A stretch of 41,573 bases of DNA, taken from NCBI GenBank assembly GCA_045863395.1, contig BTVJ01000063.1, forward strand, positions 1 to 41,573, given 5' to 3'. Below the pieces are notes generated by a model that worked only from the letters and a program-made list of their open reading frames with translations, was not told the origin of the DNA and did not search any database. Each line of letters begins with the position of its first letter. The stretch's first letter is position 1. This document shows positions 36,092 to 41,573 of this stretch, piece by piece. The position numbers were made by a program, and so were the translations under genes. The DNA is from Myxococcales bacterium (GTDB taxonomy: Bacteria > Myxococcota_A > UBA9042 > JABWCM01 > BTVJ01).

Positions 36092-36113
36092 GAGATGTGC
36101 GGGCACACATCTC
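36092..36113. promoter_or_regulatory. Perfect 8-bp inverted repeat in divergent intergenic region (operator or hairpin)
   Basis: GAGATGTG-CGGGCA-CACATCTC, immediately upstream of a minus-strand TTGTAC-N16-TATGGT promoter-like element (36061-36088). Confidence 0.5.
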
Positions 36114-36225
36114 CTGTGGTCACCGGTAGGCGACCCGTTCGGTGCGTGCGCCGCGCACTTTCCCGTAGCAGGACGGCACGAATGGCGCGTATAGTTGGGG
36201 CCGCTCCGGACGGCCCGGAGGCTCC

Positions 36226-37470
36226 ATGACAAGTGCCCAGCAGTACCCGCGGTTGCAACCCATGAGCGGCGCCGAAAGACCTCCACAGGGCCAGGGGACG
36301 AAGGTAGCGGTCCTCTACAATACGGACTACGCCACCCTGGACATCGTGGAGGAGGATGCGGAACCTCCCTCCCATGCCGCCGACGCGGGCGTCGCCGAGA
36401 CCGCCCAGGCGGTAGCCGCGTCCCTCGCCGTCGCTGGCTGGGATCCCGTCCTTCTCACCGTCTCCGACGCCATCGACGACCTGCCGGAGCGCCTGCGCGA
36501 TGCCGGCATCGGAGTCGTCTTCAATCTGGTCGAGTCGTTGGGCGGGGACCCTCACCGGGAGCCTGACGTGCCCGCTGCCCTCGAAGCGGCCAACATCGCC
36601 TACACGGGCAACGGCCCCGCCGCCCTGGCCCTCGCCCACGCGAAGGACGCCGCCCGTGAGCGCCTGCGCTCGCGAGGGGTCCCCGTGCCCCGCGGGTTCG
36701 CGATCCACGACCCGGACCGCATCATCAACCTCCCGTGGGGCGGTCTGGACTTCCCGCTCTTCGTCAAGCCCGCCCGGACGGACGCCTCCATCGGCGTCGA
36801 GCAGTCGTCCGTGGTGCGTGACGTCGGCGAGCTGCGCCGCCAGCTCGAGCGCCTGGCTGCACGGGTCCCGGGTCCGTATCTCGTGGAGGAGTATCTGCCC
36901 GGGCGGGAGCTCAACGTCGCGATCTTCCCCGACCCCTTTCGGGGACGGTACGTCCCGACCGAGATAGACTTCAGCGCACTGCCGGCCGGCTGCGCCCCCA
37001 TCGTGACCTACGACTGCAAGTGGACGCCTGGGACCCCAGACTATCAGGCGGAGTCGCGCCCTTGCGGCGACGCCCTCGGACCTGTGCTGCTCCGCGCGGT
37101 CGTTCGCACCTCCCGCGCGGCGTTCCTTGCGCTTGGAGCCACGAGCTACGGGCGCGTGGACCTTCGCCTCGACGCGGCGGGGCGGCCGCGCGTCATCGAC
37201 GTGAATCCGAACCCCGACATCCACCCGGACGCCGGGGCGTGCCTGGCAGCGGCGTCCGTGGGCATTGACCACCCGACCTTCGTGGCCGACATCGCGGCGC
37301 AGGCGTCAGCCCCGGGAGCCGCTCGTGGCTGGAGCTGGCCCTCCCGCAACCGGAAGGCGGCGGACCGCCGTGGCAGCTCCCCTCGGCGAATCTTCGTCCC
37401 GGCGCTCGCCGACGATCCGACGGGCGGCGCCCACGAGGCTCTCGCATCCATCATCGCCGACCCGGCGTAG
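36226..37470 (+). CDS. D-Ala-D-Ala-ligase-like ATP-grasp enzyme (non-canonical)
   Basis: VFNLVES, IAYTG, AKD, FPLFVKP, DASIG, LVEEYLPGRELNV, YGRVDLR, IDVNPNPD; GGAGG RBS; canonical Ddl GGxSxE and LHG motifs absent. Confidence 0.88.
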   Translation: MTSAQQYPRLQPMSGAERPPQGQGTKVAVLYNTDYATLDIVEEDAEPPSHAADAGVAETAQAVAASLAVAGWDPVLLTVSDAIDDLPERLRDAGIGVVFNLVESLGGDPHREPDVPAALEAANIAYTGNGPAALALAHAKDAARERLRSRGVPVPRGFAIHDPDRIINLPWGGLDFPLFVKPARTDASIGVEQSSVVRDVGELRRQLERLAARVPGPYLVEEYLPGRELNVAIFPDPFRGRYVPTEIDFSALPAGCAPIVTYDCKWTPGTPDYQAESRPCGDALGPVLLRAVVRTSRAAFLALGATSYGRVDLRLDAAGRPRVIDVNPNPDIHPDAGACLAAASVGIDHPTFVADIAAQASAPGAARGWSWPSRNRKAADRRGSSPRRIFVPALADDPTGGAHEALASIIADPA

Positions 37471-37477
37471 GAGACCG

Positions 37478-37945
37478 ATGCAGATCCGAGCCATCCTTGC
37501 TGCGGACCGCGAGGCCCTCGCGGACCTCCTGCAGCGCACCGAGAACTTCACCGCGGATGAGATCCAGGTCGCTCAGGAGCTCATCGACGACAGCATCCAC
37601 CGGCCGGAGTCGGGCTACCAGACCATCGTCGCCCTGGCTGGCGACGCTGTGGTCGGCTACCTGTGCTACGGGCGGACTCCCATGACGCGGCGCACCTTCG
37701 ACCTCTACTGGATGGCCGTGGACGGCGCGCGCCGGGGTGCAGGCATCGGGCGGCGACTGGTCGAGGACCTCGAGAGACGAGTCCGCGAAGGTGGTGGCGG
37801 GTTGATCCGCGTGGAGACCTCCACACGGGAGGGCTACGACGGCACCCTCGCCTTCTACCTGCGCACAGGCTACCAGATCGCGTCCAGGCTCCCGGACTTC
37901 TATGACACGGACGACGATCTGGTGACGCTGACCAAGGTGCTCTGA
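37478..37945 (+). CDS. GNAT family N-acetyltransferase
   Basis: Start ATG 37478 (AGGAG RBS, 7 nt after the upstream stop). VVGYLCYG, DLYWMAV, acetyl-CoA motif RRGAGIG, FYLRTGY. Confidence 0.92.
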   Translation: MQIRAILAADREALADLLQRTENFTADEIQVAQELIDDSIHRPESGYQTIVALAGDAVVGYLCYGRTPMTRRTFDLYWMAVDGARRGAGIGRRLVEDLERRVREGGGGLIRVETSTREGYDGTLAFYLRTGYQIASRLPDFYDTDDDLVTLTKVL

Positions 37946-37997
37946 TCCGGGGGCCTGCCCTGGCCCCCCGAAGGTCTCAGCCCGCCTTCAGCTACGG

Positions 37998-40900
37998 TCA
38001 GGGGCAGGTTCCACATCCGAGGGACGTGACCTCGTTGGCGCAGAGCGAGTCCCACGCGGTGGCGCAGCAGTAGGAGTCCGCGTTGCAGACGCAGGTCTGG
38101 ACGGCCAGGTTCGAGCAGCCAGCACCGGCCTTTGCCGCGCAGCACTCGCCACCAGGCGCCGTGGCGTAGGCCGCGTTGCTCACCTCGAACTGGTAGGCGT
38201 CGCAGGTCACCGCGAAGCCGTCCTTGCGGTAGACCCGGATCAGGTAGGTGGCGCTGTTGTCGGTGCACCGGTGCTTGTTGGGCACGGTGTAGTAGTCGGA
38301 CGCGACCGGATCGCAGGGGCACTCGCCCCCAACCGCGCCAGTCGTCCCGGTTGCCGTGTAGAAGTCCGTCTTCACGTCGAAGTCCACGCTCGCGGTGCAC
38401 GCCTTGTTGCCGGCAGCGCAGCCATCCTTGTAGATGTCGAACACGAACTGCCCAGACGGGTTGCTCGTGAACATCACGCGCGGGTGGAAGTTGTCGCAGG
38501 ACGAGTCGGCGGTGTCCTGCGCAACGAACTTGAACCAGTCGCTGTCTCCCGCAGGCACGATGTTGCCGCTCTGCAGCTTCTTCACGCCCGCGGCGGTGGC
38601 GTCGGACAGGGTCCCCAGGTCGACCGGCGTCGTACACGCCTCGCCTCCCGTGGGCTCCCCACCTTGCCCCTGGCACTCACAGCCGTTCGCGAACAGGGTG
38701 TCCAGGTTGTAGTAGTTGGTGGTGCACGATGCCACGCTGCAAGAGCCGTTGGTGCAGATCGGGGTCCCGTTGTTCACGGTCCCGCAGAGCTGCGTCGCGG
38801 TCCCGTTGTCGATGCTGCCGTCGCAGTTGTCGTCCTTGCCGTTACAGATGTCCGTCTTGCCCGGGTTGATGGTGGCGTCCGTGTCGTTGCAGTCCCCCCC
38901 CAGGGTCGCCGTGTAGGGCGAGGACGACGCGCACAGACACTGGGACTGGCCCGTCACGCCGTAGCCGTCGCTGTCGCCGTCTTTCAGGTAGGTCGTGCAC
39001 CCCTGGGAGCCAATCTCATCGACCTGCCCGTTGCAGTTGTCGTCCTTGCCGTTGCAGCTCTCGGTCGCCCCGGGGTTCACGGCGCTGTCCGAGTCGTTGC
39101 AGTCGCCGCCCTTCGTTGCCTTGAAGGAACCGGCCGCACCGCACTGGCACTTGGACTGGGCGCTGTTGCCCCACGTGTCGCTGTCCAGGTCTTCGTACCA
39201 GGTGGAGCACCCGGCCGCGCCCACCTCGTCGACGAGGCCATTGCAGTTGTCGTCCTTGCCGTTGCACTGCTCCGCCGCGCTCGGGTTGACCGCGGCGTCC
39301 GAGTCCGCGCAGTCGCCGCTCTTGTTCGCCGTGAAGTCGCCCGCCGCCGAGCACAGACACTTGGAGACGCTGCCATTGCCGAAGGTGTCCTTGTCCTTGT
39401 CTTCGTAGTACACGGAGCACCCCTGCGCCCCCTCCTCATCGACGAGCCCGTCGCAGTCGTCGTCCGTCGTGTTTCCGCACTTCTCGGATTCTCCGGGGTT
39501 GACCGTGTTCTTCGCGTCGTTGCAGTCCCCGCCGTTGGTCGCGGTGTACGGCGCCTTTGGAGCACAGAGGCACTGCTTGTCACCCGTGACGCCGTACCCG
39601 TCGCTGTCTGCATCCTTCAGGTAGTCGGTGCAGCCGGTCGCTCCCTGCTCATCGACCAGGCCGTCGCAGTTGTCGTCCTTGCCGTTGCACTTCTCCGTCG
39701 CGCCCGGGTAGACGAGCACCTGGTCGTCGGCGCAGTCGCCGCCAGCGGTCGCCGCATAGGGGTAGGCGGCGGCGCACAGGCACTTGACGTCGCCGGTGAC
39801 CCCGAAGGTGTCACCGTCCGCGTCCTTGAAGTAGGTGGTGCAGCCGCCAGCGCCCGGCTCATCCGTGCCGCCGTTGCAGTCGTCGTCCTTGCCGTTGCAC
39901 ACCTCGGTGGCCCCAGGGTAGACGGTCGCGTCGTTGTCCTTGCAGTCGCCACCCTGGAGGCCGGTGTAGGGAGCGGTAGGGCCACACAGGCACTTCGTGT
40001 TGCCGGCGATGCCGTAGGAGTCGCCGTCCTGGTCCATCAGGAAGGTCTTGCAGCCGGTCGCGTTCTCGTCGTCGCCCTTGCCGTCGCAGTTGTCGTCGAT
40101 GCCGTTGCAGGTCTCCACGGCTCCGGGGTAGACGGCGGCCGAGGAGTCATTGCAGTCGCCGCCCTTGGTGGCGGAGTAGGTCGCCGACGCCTTGCAGAGG
40201 CACTGTGTGTCGCCGGTCACTCCGAAGCCGTCCTGATCCGCGTCCTTGAAGAAGTCGCTGCACCCCCCAGCTCCGGCCTCGTCGACCAGGCCGTCGCAGT
40301 CGTCGTCCTTGCCGTTGCAGGCTTCAGCCATACCGGGATTGACGTCGGCGGCCAGGTCGTTGCAGTCGCCGCCCTGGAGCGCCGTGAAGTTGCCGGTCGG
40401 GCCGCAGAGACACTGGGACGTCGCCGACCCGTACTGGTCCTCGTCCTGGTCACGGTAGTAGGTGACGCAGCCGCTCGCGTCCTGCTCGTCCACCGCCCCG
40501 TCGCAGTCGTCGTCCTTGCCGTTGCAGCTCTCGGTCGCTGCCGGGTTGACCGCGACGTCGTTGTCATTGCAGTCGCCGCCAACGGTGGCCGTGAAGCTGC
40601 CGGTCGCCTGGCACAGACACGTCCCAGATGCCGAGAGGCCATAGGTGTCTCCGTCCGCGTCCTGGTACTTCACCGAGCAGCCGACGGCGCCCGACTCGTC
40701 GACGAGTCCGTCGCAGTCGTCGTCGATCCCGTTACAGACCTCAGGGGCACCGGTGTAGACGGACGAGTCGAAGGGCGCGCAGTCGGTGGCGTCCGGATCC
40801 GCGTCGTTGTCGTCGTCGGGATCGCAGGCGTCGCCCAGGCCGTCGGCATCCGCGTCCTCCTGCTCCGGGTTCGGCACCGTCGGGCAGTTGTCGTCCTCGT

Positions 40901-41573
40901 CGAGGAGGCCGTCGTTGTCGTCGTCGTCGTCGCAGGCGTTGCCCAGCCCGTCGCTGTCCGAATCCGTCTGCCCCGGGTTGTGGGTGGTCGGGCAGTTGTC
41001 ATCTCCGTCGGGGATGCCGTCGTCATCGTCGTCGTCGTCGCAGGCGTCGCCCTTCCCGTTGCCGTCCAGGTCGAGCTGGTCCGGGTTCGGGAACAGCGGG
41101 CAGTTGTCGATGAGGTCTGGGATCCCGTCGCCGTCGTCGTCGTCGTCGCACGCGTTGCCGAAGCCGTCGCTGTCCGTGTCCTCCTGACCGGGATTGGCGG
41201 TGAAGGGGCAGTTGTCGGCGCCATCGAGGACCCCGTCGTTGTCATCGTCGTCGTCGCACGCGTCGCCCTTGCCGTCCGTGTCGTTGTCCTCCTGATCCGG
41301 GTTGGCCACGAGCGGGCAGTTGTCTTTGGCGTTCTCCACGCCGTCGCCGTCGTCGTCCGTGTCGCAGGCGTCGCCCACGCCGTCTCCGTCCAGGTCGGAC
41401 TGGTCCGGGTTGGGCGTCAGTGGGCAGTTGTCGCTCCCATCGAGGATGCCGTCGTTGTCGTCGTCCTCGTCGCAAGCATCGCCCTTCTTGTCGCCGTCCG
41501 TGTCCTTCTGGTTCACGTTGGGCACGAGCGGGCAGTTGTCGGCGCCATCCAGCACGCCGTCGCCGTCGTCGTC
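37998..41573 (-). CDS. Giant Ca-binding/adhesin-like Cys-rich protein (5' truncated): thrombospondin type-3 repeats, MopE-type repeats, PPC-like domain, terminal 10-Cys module
   Basis: Frame is open to the window end. Seven DNCPxxxNxxQxDxDxDGxGDACD repeats; ten DCxDxxxxVxPxAxExCNGxDDxCxG repeats (~70 aa period); GDSDWFKF; ends [10 protein letters not shown]...GCGTCP. Confidence 0.92.
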   Translation of the reverse strand, partial: DDDGDGVLDGADNCPLVPNVNQKDTDGDKKGDACDEDDDNDGILDGSDNCPLTPNPDQSDLDGDGVGDACDTDDDGDGVENAKDNCPLVANPDQEDNDTDGKGDACDDDDDNDGVLDGADNCPFTANPGQEDTDSDGFGNACDDDDDGDGIPDLIDNCPLFPNPDQLDLDGNGKGDACDDDDDDDGIPDGDDNCPTTHNPGQTDSDSDGLGNACDDDDDNDGLLDEDDNCPTVPNPEQEDADADGLGDACDPDDDNDADPDATDCAPFDSSVYTGAPEVCNGIDDDCDGLVDESGAVGCSVKYQDADGDTYGLSASGTCLCQATGSFTATVGGDCNDNDVAVNPAATESCNGKDDDCDGAVDEQDASGCVTYYRDQDEDQYGSATSQCLCGPTGNFTALQGGDCNDLAADVNPGMAEACNGKDDDCDGLVDEAGAGGCSDFFKDADQDGFGVTGDTQCLCKASATYSATKGGDCNDSSAAVYPGAVETCNGIDDNCDGKGDDENATGCKTFLMDQDGDSYGIAGNTKCLCGPTAPYTGLQGGDCKDNDATVYPGATEVCNGKDDDCNGGTDEPGAGGCTTYFKDADGDTFGVTGDVKCLCAAAYPYAATAGGDCADDQVLVYPGATEKCNGKDDNCDGLVDEQGATGCTDYLKDADSDGYGVTGDKQCLCAPKAPYTATNGGDCNDAKNTVNPGESEKCGNTTDDDCDGLVDEEGAQGCSVYYEDKDKDTFGNGSVSKCLCSAAGDFTANKSGDCADSDAAVNPSAAEQCNGKDDNCNGLVDEVGAAGCSTWYEDLDSDTWGNSAQSKCQCGAAGSFKATKGGDCNDSDSAVNPGATESCNGKDDNCNGQVDEIGSQGCTTYLKDGDSDGYGVTGQSQCLCASSSPYTATLGGDCNDTDATINPGKTDICNGKDDNCDGSIDNGTATQLCGTVNNGTPICTNGSCSVASCTTNYYNLDTLFANGCECQGQGGEPTGGEACTTPVDLGTLSDATAAGVKKLQSGNIVPAGDSDWFKFVAQDTADSSCDNFHPRVMFTSNPSGQFVFDIYKDGCAAGNKACTASVDFDVKTDFYTATGTTGAVGGECPCDPVASDYYTVPNKHRCTDNSATYLIRVYRKDGFAVTCDAYQFEVSNAAYATAPGGECCAAKAGAGCSNLAVQTCVCNADSYCCATAWDSLCANEVTSLGCGTCP

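Noticed and set aside
36226..37945. Graspetide (microviridin-type) RiPP cluster
   Set aside because: The ATP-grasp is Ddl-like rather than RimK/MdnC-like, and no precursor peptide ORF is evident.
1..41573. Mobile elements, prophage, tRNA or rRNA genes
   Set aside because: No transposase, integrase or phage motifs, terminal repeats or cloverleaf-like sequences recognised by eye; a covariance-model scan was not possible.

Overview
High-GC (about 70% by eye) bacterial DNA, most likely Myxococcota, judged from a MYXO-CTERM-like tail, GltA/GltB-type outer-membrane barrels and many Cys-rich lipoproteins. It holds 28 supportable CDSs; the first and last are truncated by the window edges. I found no rRNA, tRNA, CRISPR array or mobile element. 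Content, left to right: the tail of a 10-Cys-repeat protein; a large surface-anchored metzincin; TetR plus a GT1 glycosyltransferase; MarR; a matrixin/FG-GAP lipoprotein; a translationally coupled hutI / ExbD-like / PQQ-dehydrogenase-diheme operon; a TPR lipoprotein; two OM beta-barrels followed by a secreted DUF4332 protein and a HEAT membrane protein; a TM-anchored ftsY with a 24-bp tandem repeat; a MoxR/DUF58/DUF4350 cluster; a beta-propeller lipoprotein; a hypothetical gene; a four-domain VKOR-DsbA-FGE-like-TlpA fusion; three very large Cys-rich surface proteins; and a Ddl-like ATP-grasp + GNAT pair. The best candidate for an undescribed system is the single-polypeptide disulfide-formation machine next to those disulfide-dense proteins. 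Other signals are a 10-Cys C-terminal module shared by two distant genes, recurrent leaderless promoter architecture, and an A9 run inside the MarR promoter spacer. All family calls come from motif recognition by eye, not database searches.
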